In this document: one piece after another, positions 36,397 through 46,325 of the stretch
Layout of the letters: every line of letters begins with the position of its first letter
How positions within the stretch are numbered: the stretch's first letter is position 1
Virus record (IMG/VR): IMGVR_UViG_3300019758_000009
Span: 15,800 to 79,799 of that record
Direction: 5' to 3' (one strand)
Length of the DNA stretch: 64,000 bases
Source: a virus
Translations under genes and position numbers: made by a program
Notes under the pieces: generated by a model
Told to the model about the DNA's origin: nothing
The model's input: the letters and a program-made list of their open reading frames with translations, nothing else
Databases searched by the model: none

Positions 36397-36854
36397 TGAA
36401 TTACTCTTACATTGGCGTGATGCTCGATGAAACGCCAAATGAAATAGCGCTAACATTTAAGATAACCGGGTGCCAATTGGCGTGTCCCGGCTGCCAGGCT
36501 GCGGAGTTCTGGGGAGAAGGAACAGGAGAGGTCTTAACTCAAGATATTTTCTTTCAAAATCTGAAAAAGTACAAAGGGTCAGCTTCTGCTGTTTTATTTA
36601 TGGGGGGAGAGTGGCACGAGGGTGAGCTCATAGGCAAGCTCAGAATTGCTAAATTGATGGGGTACAAAACAATACTTTACACAGGCCTAGAAAAAAAGAA
36701 CTTAAGCAGCGAGTTACTTGACGTATTAGATTACCTAAAGTACGGGCCATACAATGAAGAGGCGGGGCCAATAACTAGCAAGACAACAAATCAGGTGTAC
36801 GAGAACCTGCACACAGGAGAGAGCATGAATCATTATTTTATAAAATCTATTTAG
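36396..36854 (+). CDS. nrdG: Anaerobic RNR activase (radical SAM)
   Basis: GCQLACPGC, FMGGE, LYTG, YLKYGPY and TTNQ; adjacent to nrdD. Confidence 0.92.
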   Translation: MNYSYIGVMLDETPNEIALTFKITGCQLACPGCQAAEFWGEGTGEVLTQDIFFQNLKKYKGSASAVLFMGGEWHEGELIGKLRIAKLMGYKTILYTGLEKKNLSSELLDVLDYLKYGPYNEEAGPITSKTTNQVYENLHTGESMNHYFIKSI

Positions 36855-36862
36855 AGGGGCTT

Positions 36863-38641
36863 ATGATTGAATTAAGTGAAAAACAAATTGAACAAAAGAC
36901 AGATTTCATCAAGCAGTATATGGAAGCATTTAATCCTGCTGATGGGTCAAAATTAGATGCTAACGCTAATGTAACTCAAAAGAATCTAGTAACACTAGCC
37001 GGCGAACTACATAAAGGCGATAACATCCAGCTCAACAGAGCTATGATGATGCAAAGAATAAGCGAAATGTTCGGCCCATCGCTGGCTGACGAATACAAAA
37101 GACAGATTGAAGACCATGAGATATATATCCATGACGAAACAAGCCTGTTACCGTATTGCGTATCTATAAATATGTTCCCATTTCTATTGAACGGAATGAA
37201 GGATCTAGGAGGAGAGTCTATTGCCCCTAAACACTTATACACGTACGTAGGCCAATTCCAGAACTTGATGTTCGCCGTAGCCTCTCAATTCGCTGGAGCT
37301 GTAGCATCTGTTGAATGGTTAATGTATTTCGATTACTTCGCACGCAAGGATTTTGGCGACAATTACCTAGCTACTCATATGGACAGGGTTACCGAGCACT
37401 TTGAAAGTACGGTATATACACTCAATCAACCAGCAGCGGCCAGAAGCTACCAGTCAATTTTTTGGAACATAAGTTTATTTGACAGGGGTTATTTTGAGGG
37501 GATGTTCGGAGATTTTGTATTTCCAGACTTCTCAAAACCTAATTATGACTCAATATCAAAATTGCAAAACACCTTCATGGATTTCTTGCATAAGGAACGA
37601 AGGAGGGCGGTGCTTACATTTCCAATTGTTACAGCAAGCTACATCAACGATGGAGAAAGCCCGGTAGATAAAGATTTTGGTAACGATGTTGCTAAATGGA
37701 TGAATCGAGGAGACAGATTCTTTCAATACACGTCAGACACAGCTGATTCATTATCTAGTTGTTGCCGACTCAAGAATGATGTATCCGACAAACCAGACTT
37801 TTCCTTTACACTAGGAGCTGGAGGTGTGGCCACTGGTAGTATTAATGTGATCACTATCAATGCTAATAGATGGGAGCAGCTGGGGTTGTCATATGAAGAT
37901 AACATATCGAAGATACATAAGTATTTAGTGGCGTACAAGTCTATAATTTCAGACTTCATTGAAGCTAAAATGCTCCCTGTTTACGACGCCGGATATATCG
38001 ATATCGACAAGCAATTTTGCACCATCGGTATTAATGGCATGGTCGAGGCAGCAGAATGGCATCATATACACCCAGACAACAATCCAGAGTATATCGGCTT
38101 TTTATCCAACAGACTAAAAACCATATATGATCTCAATAGGCAGGCCAGCTTAGAGTACGAATGTAAATTCAATACAGAATTTGTCCCTGCTGAAAATTTA
38201 GCTATAAAAAACGCTAAATGGGACAAAGATGACAACTTATTTTCACCAAGAGATGCGTATAATTCATATTTCTACGCGGTGGAAGACGAGGTCATTAGCG
38301 TGATTGACAAACTTGAATTACATGGTGCGGAAACCACTAGGTTTTTAGATGGAGGGGCAGCTGTTCACCTAAATCTAACATCACACCCAACTCAGGATCA
38401 GGCAAAATATATTATGCATATAGCTATCAAGAAAGGGGTGCCGTTTTTCACCACGAACGTCTTAGAGACCAGCTGTAATAAGTGTGGATATATATCACCC
38501 GGTACTCATTTAAAATGCATAAATTGCGGATCAGAAGATATAGATCATTTGACCCGGATAATCGGGTACACCAAAAAGCTATCTAACTTCTCAGAAAAGA
38601 GAAGAATAGAAGCTAGCAGGAGATTTTACCACGAAAAATAA
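36863..38641 (+). CDS. nrdD: Anaerobic (class III) ribonucleotide reductase, no ATP cone
   Basis: IYIHD, PYC, TFP, SCCRL, TIGING, EFVPAE, CxxC..CxxC and the glycyl-radical motif RIIGY. Confidence 0.95.
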   Translation: MIELSEKQIEQKTDFIKQYMEAFNPADGSKLDANANVTQKNLVTLAGELHKGDNIQLNRAMMMQRISEMFGPSLADEYKRQIEDHEIYIHDETSLLPYCVSINMFPFLLNGMKDLGGESIAPKHLYTYVGQFQNLMFAVASQFAGAVASVEWLMYFDYFARKDFGDNYLATHMDRVTEHFESTVYTLNQPAAARSYQSIFWNISLFDRGYFEGMFGDFVFPDFSKPNYDSISKLQNTFMDFLHKERRRAVLTFPIVTASYINDGESPVDKDFGNDVAKWMNRGDRFFQYTSDTADSLSSCCRLKNDVSDKPDFSFTLGAGGVATGSINVITINANRWEQLGLSYEDNISKIHKYLVAYKSIISDFIEAKMLPVYDAGYIDIDKQFCTIGINGMVEAAEWHHIHPDNNPEYIGFLSNRLKTIYDLNRQASLEYECKFNTEFVPAENLAIKNAKWDKDDNLFSPRDAYNSYFYAVEDEVISVIDKLELHGAETTRFLDGGAAVHLNLTSHPTQDQAKYIMHIAIKKGVPFFTTNVLETSCNKCGYISPGTHLKCINCGSEDIDHLTRIIGYTKKLSNFSEKRRIEASRRFYHEK

Positions 38642-38646
38642 ATCAC

Positions 38647-38696
38647 TCCCATAACCAATTAGGGTGGCCTAGCCGGTTCGATTCCGGCTATGGGGC
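38647..38696 (+). ncRNA. Minimal tRNA-like element (acceptor stem plus T-arm)
   Basis: TCCCATA/TATGGGG 7-bp stem and GCCGG-TTCGATT-CCGGC T-arm, with only 18 nt in place of the D and anticodon arms. Confidence 0.45.
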
Positions 38697-39187
38697 AATT
38701 ATTATTAACTAATACAAATAGTATGGCGATAAAAATTAAGGAAAAGATTTTTGTAGACGACACAGGAAGGCTATCTTCCAGCCAATTTAAAATGTTTACA
38801 GATCAAACAGCTCAGCTTTTGCCTGGAGAGTACAGTTTTTATGTTTTAGATTCTAAAAAGAATCGATCATTACAGCAAGGAAAATATCTATTTGGTGTCG
38901 TTTTAAAAATGATTAGCACAGAAACCGGTTATGACGCCAAAGATCTGTATGAGATATTTGAAAAAATGTTCTGCCCAGTTAAAGTTGTCAATTTCAAAGG
39001 AGAGGAGCACATCATACAAGACATGAAGCGCTTAGATACCAAGGAAATGGGCATAGTTATTGAAAAAATAATTAGATGGGCAGATGTTGAGTTAGGTGTT
39101 ATTGTGCCTTCACAAGAGCAAACAAAGGACCCTTTGGCCGCCGACTTCTATGTTGATGCGTACAACGATTCATGGATAAAAAAGTAA
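38690..39187 (+). CDS. NinB-like protein (start probably at MAIKIK)
   Basis: RSLQQ.KYL.GVV...IS..TG....DL.E...L...EM...IE.I..WA. Confidence 0.55.
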   Translation: MGQLLLTNTNSMAIKIKEKIFVDDTGRLSSSQFKMFTDQTAQLLPGEYSFYVLDSKKNRSLQQGKYLFGVVLKMISTETGYDAKDLYEIFEKMFCPVKVVNFKGEEHIIQDMKRLDTKEMGIVIEKIIRWADVELGVIVPSQEQTKDPLAADFYVDAYNDSWIKK

Positions 39188-39191
39188 TAAA

Positions 39192-39300
39192 ATTTGGAAA
39201 TTAAAAAACTTTTATTACCTTTGTATTAGCAATTGAGATAGCAAATCTCAAAAATATATGCGACACTATTTGGAAATTAAAAAACTTTTATTACCTTTGT
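39192..39300 (+). promoter_or_regulatory. Tandem duplicated Bacteroidota sigma-A-type promoter
   Basis: An exact 33-bp repeat ATTTGGAAATTAAAAAACTTTTATTACCTTTGT at 39192-39224 and 39268-39300, containing TTTG and TAnnTTTG. Confidence 0.8.
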
Positions 39301-39344
39301 GTCGAAGAAAACAGAATAACAATTTAATAATTAAAATCAAGCGT

Positions 39345-40742
39345 ATGAGTACAGACACTAATTATTTGGATCAATTTGGAGGTGCTATTGAAACTTATGA
39401 AGAAGCATCAGAGAGAATGGCCGCAGAAGCAGCTTCGAAAGGTGGTTCAAAACTTAAAATGTTTAAAATACCTGAAGGCGAAAGCAAGCTGCGTTTAATC
39501 GTGCTCCACCCAGAGTCTCCGGTAAAAGGGTTTACTTATCCAGCGGCTCAATTTTTCATGCCTATTAATGTCCCTGGGCAAACAAAGCCTCGATACGTCA
39601 AGGTGTTAAGAGCTACAGACAATGGATTCGACAAAGACTTGATTCTTGAATTCAAGAAGTTAGCCAACGCAGCAGTAGAAGCTCAGATCGCAACAGCTAA
39701 GGGTGCGCGTAAAAAAGAGCTTGAAGCATTGAAGGATAATCTAAATAAAGGATCATACAATAACGACGATTCTTTACTGTATGACTTCAAGCAAGTGGCT
39801 TACGCTCTTGATCTTGAGAGCTCAAAAACAAGAAAAGAAGGCTGGCAGGTTGTTGAGTTCTCCAACAAGCAAGCGACAGACCTTAAGCTTGTTATTAAAA
39901 AGCTATGGGACAAACGAGCTAAGAAAGAATTAGCTTGGGCTGATGATAATGACAAGGACCCACGACAAGCTAACATGGTATGCCCAGCAACTCACCCTGG
40001 AGGTGCTTTTGTTACGGAGATAGACAAAGGAAAGGTAAACAACAAAACCGAATACAGATTCAGCATTGACAACGATGTAGATAACATCATTGAGTTAACA
40101 GAGGCTGAAATCAAATCTTTCTTTGACGGTGAGCCTTTGCATAAAGCTTATAAAGGATATAATCGCTATCACTACGGGGCCACTATTGCCTTCTTGGATC
40201 AATTCGATGCTCGCCTTAACTTGGGTGTATTTTCATCAGATGAATTCCAGGATATCGTTAAGGCATTCGAAGCACAGCTCGACCCTGCAGACACTCAAGA
40301 ATTTTCGCTTGAATCAAAGTCTAGCGATGACAGCTCAACAGAAGGAGAAGAAGCTGTAGATGGCTTGCTTCTTGATGATTTACTTGATGAATTCGATGAA
40401 TTGAGTGAATTCGATGAAGACTCAGAGGAGATTGAGGACTTCCGTAAAAAGCTACGCCTGTACATCGCTCAAGAAGGTCTTAAGGTTAAGATTGGTAGAA
40501 GAAAGTCTACAGAAGATGCAGTGCAAGAGATTGAGGAAGCTATCGACGAGAAAGGTGGAGAGAGAGGCGTTACTGACCGAGACGGTGGAGAGTCAACAGA
40601 AGCTGACACCAGCGGCGGCGCTCCAGAGCCAGAAGCTGAAACAGAAGCTGAAACAGAAGAAGAGGACAAACCAAGGGCTTCAAGATCCAGAAGAACAGGT
40701 AGTTCCAGAGCCGGCAGAACGAGTCGCGCTTCTAGATCGTAA
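39345..40742 (+). CDS. Putative single-stranded DNA-binding / recombination protein
   Basis: FKIPEGESKLRL N-terminus (gp32-like) and a very acidic C-terminal region. Start moved to AAGCGT-ATG 39345, downstream of the promoters. Confidence 0.5.
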   Translation: MSTDTNYLDQFGGAIETYEEASERMAAEAASKGGSKLKMFKIPEGESKLRLIVLHPESPVKGFTYPAAQFFMPINVPGQTKPRYVKVLRATDNGFDKDLILEFKKLANAAVEAQIATAKGARKKELEALKDNLNKGSYNNDDSLLYDFKQVAYALDLESSKTRKEGWQVVEFSNKQATDLKLVIKKLWDKRAKKELAWADDNDKDPRQANMVCPATHPGGAFVTEIDKGKVNNKTEYRFSIDNDVDNIIELTEAEIKSFFDGEPLHKAYKGYNRYHYGATIAFLDQFDARLNLGVFSSDEFQDIVKAFEAQLDPADTQEFSLESKSSDDSSTEGEEAVDGLLLDDLLDEFDELSEFDEDSEEIEDFRKKLRLYIAQEGLKVKIGRRKSTEDAVQEIEEAIDEKGGERGVTDRDGGESTEADTSGGAPEPEAETEAETEEEDKPRASRSRRTGSSRAGRTSRASRS

Positions 40743-40759
40743 TACGCAAATATAAATTA

Positions 40760-40781
40760 AGGGGGTTAAGGCCCCCTTTTT
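40760..40781 (+). terminator. Rho-independent terminator
   Basis: AGGGGGT-TAAG-GCCCCCTTTTT. Confidence 0.7.
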
Positions 40782-41006
40782 ATGAGCTATACGGTTAAAT
40801 TTCATTACGCAAGAGGGCAGAAGCCACTAGTGTTTGAGAATGTATCCAACGTCATCCCTCAAAAAGGAGATAATTCCGTGATGATGACACTTGAAAGATT
40901 CACTCAAGCCCAGGTTACTGTACCGTTAAATGGATGCTTGTATTATACAAAATTTAGAACAGGAGAACATGAAAAAGCCATATCCGATAGGACTTTGCCT
41001 GAATGA
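40782..41006 (+). CDS. Hypothetical protein
   Basis: 74 aa ORF overlapping the start of the SbcD-like gene. Confidence 0.45.
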   Translation: MSYTVKFHYARGQKPLVFENVSNVIPQKGDNSVMMTLERFTQAQVTVPLNGCLYYTKFRTGEHEKAISDRTLPE

Positions 41007-42012
41007 TGCTCATGTAGGTAAAGAAACTATCACAGATTTTGAACAAAACTGGTACGAGGCAGTCGATTACGCTGTTGAGTATGACGTAAAAACACTATTT
41101 GTTGGAGGAGATACGTTTTTAAGCAGAGTCGCTCAAACGCTTCCTATTTTGCTTACTGTTCAAAAATGCATAAAGTACGCCACAGAAAAAGGCATTGACG
41201 TTGTAACCGCAAACGGTAATCACGACAAAGTAAGCCTTGAAGATATCAGGGGGTATTGCCATGTATTTTCGGACATACCTGGATACAAAGTAGTGGATGA
41301 GTACGAGAATTTTGTATATGGCGATGTCGCTATACATATGATGCCGTACTTCCCAGAAACAGGGTCCTTTAAAAAGAGATTAAAGGAAGTAAATACTATT
41401 CCTGGCAAGAAAAATATCCTATACATCCATCAGGGGATAAACGGCGGGTTAGGTCGCTCTGATGATACCAATAACAAGGAATTACCAACGCATATATTCG
41501 AGGAGTTTGACACCGTTTTAGTGGCCCATTATCACAATAGGTTACATTTGAAAGGTACAAACATCCACTATGTTGGATCTTCCAGGCAACATAACTTCGG
41601 CGAAGATATGGCCAAGGGGTATACCTTAATACACAGCGATGGGTCTTTTTCCTTTTTAGAGAACAAAGTCAATACTAAATACAAAACGCTCACTGAGGAT
41701 TATGCTGAAATAGACAAAGACTTCTTCTCAGATATTCGAGATTATGCGGATGGTGGGTATAAGGTACGAGTGATCATTCATTGTAAATCTACCGAAAGAA
41801 AATCTATAAACAAGAGAGATTTCGTAGAGGCTGGAGCTTCTAAGGTTGAGATTATCGAAGAGAAAATTACAAAAGAAGGAGTGACTGTATCGTGCGGCAC
41901 ATCAAGGTATAACAAAGAAGGACTGAAGGATGCATATGTTGAATTTTTAACGAAAAAAGACGATGTAGATGCAGAGTTCGGGCTTAAGTATTTAGATTTA
42001 ATAAGAATGTAA
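40969..42012 (+). CDS. sbcD: SbcD/Mre11-like nuclease
   Basis: DAH, GGD, GNHD, HQ, AHYH and GS..Q.NFGE..KG motifs. Confidence 0.88.
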   Translation: MKKPYPIGLCLNDAHVGKETITDFEQNWYEAVDYAVEYDVKTLFVGGDTFLSRVAQTLPILLTVQKCIKYATEKGIDVVTANGNHDKVSLEDIRGYCHVFSDIPGYKVVDEYENFVYGDVAIHMMPYFPETGSFKKRLKEVNTIPGKKNILYIHQGINGGLGRSDDTNNKELPTHIFEEFDTVLVAHYHNRLHLKGTNIHYVGSSRQHNFGEDMAKGYTLIHSDGSFSFLENKVNTKYKTLTEDYAEIDKDFFSDIRDYADGGYKVRVIIHCKSTERKSINKRDFVEAGASKVEIIEEKITKEGVTVSCGTSRYNKEGLKDAYVEFLTKKDDVDAEFGLKYLDLIRM

Positions 42013-42023
42013 AACTATAGCGT

Positions 42024-44348
42024 ATGTATAGACCAGTGTCAATGGAATGCGATTACTTATTTTCATTCCAGAATTTAAAATATACATTCAATAATGGAGT
42101 AGCGGAGCTGGTGAATGGAGAAAACAGAGACAATAGCTCTCAAAAGTCCAACGGTTCAGGGAAATCTTCATTACTGGAGGTAATATCAATAGGCTTGACT
42201 GGCGCTCCTCTTCGGAAAGTAAAGCTGGAAGAGATCATCAACGACGATGCAGATGAAGGTGGTATGGTATTTGTGTTCGCTAACGATGTACTAAAAGAGC
42301 AGCTTGTCATCACCAGGAGATTTTTTAGAAAATCTGCTTCTACCGTATCAATGCAAATTTTCAGAGATAACGTAGCTGTAAAAGACCCATTACTGGAACA
42401 GTTATCTTCTGTAGACGAGTACAACAAAGCTATACTGGATCGAGTGGGTTTATCTAAGGTTGAAGTTTACAATAACTTCATATTATCTAGAACTAGGTTT
42501 AAAAACTTCCTAGATATGTCTGACAAGCTCAAGAAAGAAGCTATCAATAGATTTTCCAGAGGTAGCGCTGTTGACCAGGCTATAGCTGAATTATTGAAAG
42601 ATAAAAAATCCCCGCAGGCACAATTCGAAGTCGCGGAAAAGGTACTCGCTAAGCGTGTAGGACAACTTGAAATTATGGAAGCCCAGTTAGTTAAAGCCAA
42701 TGAAGAAAGTCGGGACAGAGCTTTAGCTATTGACGCTCAAATAGATGATGTAAAAACAAAAATAAAAAGCTCAAGAAAGTCTATTAGAGAGAACCTAAGC
42801 ACCATCAGTTCACTTGATGAGAGAGCTAATGAATTGGATTCGATTCTGGATGATATTGATGCCGTCATGGAAATAGAAGCCACGCCAGAAGATCACCTGA
42901 ACAAGCTTATTAAGCTTATTGAAGAGAAAAGCGTTGAATACACTCACTCTTTCAAAAAAGGTTTCGAAGACATAGCGGGAAGTGCAGATATTTACAACAC
43001 CAGTATCGCAAAACATACCACCTCCATTGCCGAGTTAACAAAAAACTTGAACGATGCCACCAAATCTTTAAAAGATATCGAGTCAGACCCGGAAGCAAAT
43101 GAGGATGAGCATATTAAAAAAACAGAAGGTATCGATAGTAAGGTTGAAAAGTTAAAGCTAACGGTCAAGAAGTTAAAATCTGATTTAAAAACAGCCAATG
43201 AAGATAGAGATACATTAGATCGTCAAATATCTACATTGTCCACAAAATTGGCAGGAACTATCGAGTGCCCTAAGTGTGGCCATAAATTTTTAGCTGCAGA
43301 AGAAGGTTTTGATGTACCTACAGCCAAGCTCGATATTGAAGCTTTGCGCAAAAAGTCCTCTAAATTTGATGAGTTGTCGATTAACGTTAACGAACAAATC
43401 AAGAAGTCAGAGAAAAACATCGGTTTAGCCGAGGATGAATTAGACGAGATAGAAGATAAGTTTGATAGCATTATTAAAAAAGCAGACGGTCTCGTTCTTG
43501 AAATGAAGAAGATAGATCTAGCTATTAAAGCTGAGAATGCAGCTATAACGGATAATTCACTTAAAATAAAGCAGATAGATTCGAAGATAGATGCCTATAT
43601 CGACTCATGCTTCGCCTCTTATTCAGATACTGTCACCTCTATGCTGGATGGTATAGAAGATAATATATCTGAATTAGAGCATGGCAACAAAAGAATAGAA
43701 GGTACCATCGAAGCTTTAAATTTAAGGCTTGAAGATATCGAAAAGAACAAAAACCTGGATAACACGACCTCTATATCTGAAGAGATCACCAAATTAAAGG
43801 CAGCTAAACGAAAAGCTGAAAAGGATCTAGTGAAGCGGAAGATAGAGCTTGACAAGTACACTGCCCAGGAAAAAGTATTTATCGATTTTAAGACTGAACT
43901 GGCTAACTCTAAGATAGAAGCTCTTGGCGATATTACCAATGATTTCCTTGAAAGTATCGGAAGCGATTTACGTATCGAGCTTTCCGGATATTCAAAAACA
44001 GCCAAGGGGGATATTAAAGAAAAGATATCTGTAAAACTTCTTCGAGATGGCATTGACGCCGGTTCATTCGGAAAGTTTTCGGCAGGAGAACAGGCTAGGA
44101 TCAATCTAGCTACTATTTTAGCTATGTCAAAACTGATAAATATCAACTGTGATGAAGGCAAAGGCCTTGATCTGTTGGTATTGGATGAAATTCTTGATTC
44201 AGTCGATGAGAGTGGGTTAGCTAATATGCTGTCCACATTAAATTATCTTAAGACTACATCACTTGTTGTTTCGCATGGCTTAATAGCCGAAGGGTATGAG
44301 CATAGACGTGTCGTGATTAAAGAAAATGGTTATTCAACTATAAATTAA
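42024..44348 (+). CDS. sbcC: SbcC/Rad50-like ATPase
   Basis: Walker A NGSGKSS, coiled coil with a CPKC zinc hook, FSAGE signature, LDE and VSH. Confidence 0.92.
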   Translation: MYRPVSMECDYLFSFQNLKYTFNNGVAELVNGENRDNSSQKSNGSGKSSLLEVISIGLTGAPLRKVKLEEIINDDADEGGMVFVFANDVLKEQLVITRRFFRKSASTVSMQIFRDNVAVKDPLLEQLSSVDEYNKAILDRVGLSKVEVYNNFILSRTRFKNFLDMSDKLKKEAINRFSRGSAVDQAIAELLKDKKSPQAQFEVAEKVLAKRVGQLEIMEAQLVKANEESRDRALAIDAQIDDVKTKIKSSRKSIRENLSTISSLDERANELDSILDDIDAVMEIEATPEDHLNKLIKLIEEKSVEYTHSFKKGFEDIAGSADIYNTSIAKHTTSIAELTKNLNDATKSLKDIESDPEANEDEHIKKTEGIDSKVEKLKLTVKKLKSDLKTANEDRDTLDRQISTLSTKLAGTIECPKCGHKFLAAEEGFDVPTAKLDIEALRKKSSKFDELSINVNEQIKKSEKNIGLAEDELDEIEDKFDSIIKKADGLVLEMKKIDLAIKAENAAITDNSLKIKQIDSKIDAYIDSCFASYSDTVTSMLDGIEDNISELEHGNKRIEGTIEALNLRLEDIEKNKNLDNTTSISEEITKLKAAKRKAEKDLVKRKIELDKYTAQEKVFIDFKTELANSKIEALGDITNDFLESIGSDLRIELSGYSKTAKGDIKEKISVKLLRDGIDAGSFGKFSAGEQARINLATILAMSKLININCDEGKGLDLLVLDEILDSVDESGLANMLSTLNYLKTTSLVVSHGLIAEGYEHRRVVIKENGYSTIN

Positions 44349-44352
44349 GCGT

Positions 44353-44844
44353 ATGGCAAAAAGAGTGAAAAAAATCCCAAAGGACCTCAAAAGAGAAGAG
44401 GTTCTTGGGCTGGATATCGCTGAACATTGCGGGTTCCATAGCATGTTAGATACCGGTACATGGGTATTAACTGAAAGTAAAAGTAGAAACGGGTTCAAGA
44501 AACATAAGCACTTCAGGGACACATTAGTTAATTTCATAAAAGAAAATAACATAAGAATGATCGCTGCCGAGGATGTTAATGTCAAAACTCACTTCAGAGC
44601 AGTGGTAAGCTTATCAGAGCTAAGAGGCGTACTTCTTGAGGTATGTGATGAGATGGATCTCCCAGAACCTGAATTTATGAACGTAAGCTCCTTAAAGTTA
44701 TTCGCCACCGGAAACGGTCGAGCATCTAAGGAAGAGATGGTCCAGACATGCACTACGCGGTATAACTTCACCCCCGTAGATGACAACAATGCCGACGCAT
44801 TTCATGTATTTAATTTCTTTTGTAGAAAATTTAATATCAAGTAA
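44353..44844 (+). CDS. ruvC: RuvC-like Holliday junction resolvase
   Basis: LGLD, AAED, LKLFATGNGRASKEEM and DDNNADA. Confidence 0.85.
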   Translation: MAKRVKKIPKDLKREEVLGLDIAEHCGFHSMLDTGTWVLTESKSRNGFKKHKHFRDTLVNFIKENNIRMIAAEDVNVKTHFRAVVSLSELRGVLLEVCDEMDLPEPEFMNVSSLKLFATGNGRASKEEMVQTCTTRYNFTPVDDNNADAFHVFNFFCRKFNIK

Positions 44845-44846
44845 GT

Positions 44847-45188
44847 ATGCCAGAAATAGAAGAACAAAAAGCAATAGAGACCACGAAACAGAGCCGTCAA
44901 AAGCTTTCAAGAAAAGACCGCAGAAAAACAGACGCTGTACAGGATAAATTCTTATCCATACTGGGAAGTTTTTATGGTACCATATCAAAAAAGGGGAAAC
45001 AGCTTACAGATGACGAGTTAAGGTCTGAGTTTTCAAAGCATAACACAGCCTGGGTAAAGGTTTGCGTTAACAATAAGTTAGATAAAAAAGCGAAAGCATT
45101 ATTTGCATTGGAAATTCAACAGACATGGGAAAAGAAAAAAGCGAAGTCAGAAGCTGCTCAGAAGGAAACTGCAGAAGCACCTCAATAA
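44847..45188 (+). CDS. Hypothetical protein
   Basis: 113 aa ORF within the operon. Confidence 0.55.
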   Translation: MPEIEEQKAIETTKQSRQKLSRKDRRKTDAVQDKFLSILGSFYGTISKKGKQLTDDELRSEFSKHNTAWVKVCVNNKLDKKAKALFALEIQQTWEKKKAKSEAAQKETAEAPQ

Positions 45189-45742
45189 CAGAAAAAGAAA
45201 GAAACGATTTATTCCTAAAGTACGTAATGCCTAATGAAGGGCTAATAAAGAAGATATGTCTAGAACTAACTAATAACCCAAGCAATGTTGACGATCACTT
45301 TCAAGAGTGCTTGGTTAATCTTTTTAGATATATCCACACTTATGATCCCGATAGAAAGCTGTTAACCTGGATATACATATGCACAAAGCGTCACGTTATC
45401 GAGCTCGAAAAGAAAGTAGCTCGGTACAAAGAGGACTTAATAGAACCCGCAAAGGTTCACAATAAGTTCACAATAATTGACGATGTCAGTAATGAGTTAA
45501 CTATGGAGAATTACACCAACGAGTTATCTGACGAGTGCATAGTGGCCCTTGACAGCATGCAGCCCATTTACAAGAATACATTCTTGATGAAATTGATGGG
45601 GTACAAACTGAAGGAAATAATGGATCATGAATACAAAAACGGCAATCTGAAGCACAGGAATATAGAAACTGTAAAAAGCAGATTATTCCTGGCCAGGAAA
45701 CACCTTCAGAGGCATTTATCTGAATTCTATGACAAAGGATGA
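45125..45742 (+). CDS. ECF-type RNA polymerase sigma factor
   Basis: Region 2 DDHFQECLVNLFRY..TYD..LLTWIY and region 4 GYKLKEI...ETVKSRLFLARK.L. Confidence 0.88.
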   Translation: MGKEKSEVRSCSEGNCRSTSITEKERNDLFLKYVMPNEGLIKKICLELTNNPSNVDDHFQECLVNLFRYIHTYDPDRKLLTWIYICTKRHVIELEKKVARYKEDLIEPAKVHNKFTIIDDVSNELTMENYTNELSDECIVALDSMQPIYKNTFLMKLMGYKLKEIMDHEYKNGNLKHRNIETVKSRLFLARKHLQRHLSEFYDKG

Positions 45743-46322
45743 GATTAAAAAGAAAACAGAGGAGGTTTTTACTTTCCTATACCGGAAGGGGGTTTCCCCT
45801 TCCTTTAGGTTCCCCAAGGGTTACGGTGCAAGCATAATAGATTCATTCGCTGATACTATACTTGAGAGAGAAAGAGGTATGGTTGGAGTTGGCATTATCG
45901 TCGATTACTGCATCCACCAGACCCACTTATGGAGGGATGCTGAAAGGTGGGATAGGTTTAATATTACATGGGCTTTTGGGCCGAAGGGTATTGATAGGTT
46001 TTACAACTCAAAAACAGGCACTAGATACTATCAGAACAGATGGTTAGATTACAACGATTGGGATCGAGACACTCTAAAATCTATGTTTACAGACATAAAG
46101 GATCACCCATTAAAGAAGTTTGTATACATAGAGGCTGAGGATACGACTAAGGCTAGGTTTGTAAGCACAGAAGCTGGGTTAGGCCTATGCATTATACTGA
46201 CAACACTGTACACCCCCCACTCTCCGGTATGTGGAAAATGTAAAAACAAAGATCAGTGCGAAGCGATTTTAAAAAAGAGAGACCCTGAACTGCTTAGGGT
46301 ACGTAACACTACAGAAATATAG
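45729..46322 (+). CDS. Hypothetical protein with a C-terminal Cys cluster
   Basis: C..CxxC...C, directly upstream of the helicase. Confidence 0.6.
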   Translation: MTKDEIKKKTEEVFTFLYRKGVSPSFRFPKGYGASIIDSFADTILERERGMVGVGIIVDYCIHQTHLWRDAERWDRFNITWAFGPKGIDRFYNSKTGTRYYQNRWLDYNDWDRDTLKSMFTDIKDHPLKKFVYIEAEDTTKARFVSTEAGLGLCIILTTLYTPHSPVCGKCKNKDQCEAILKKRDPELLRVRNTTEI

Positions 46323-46325
46323 CGT

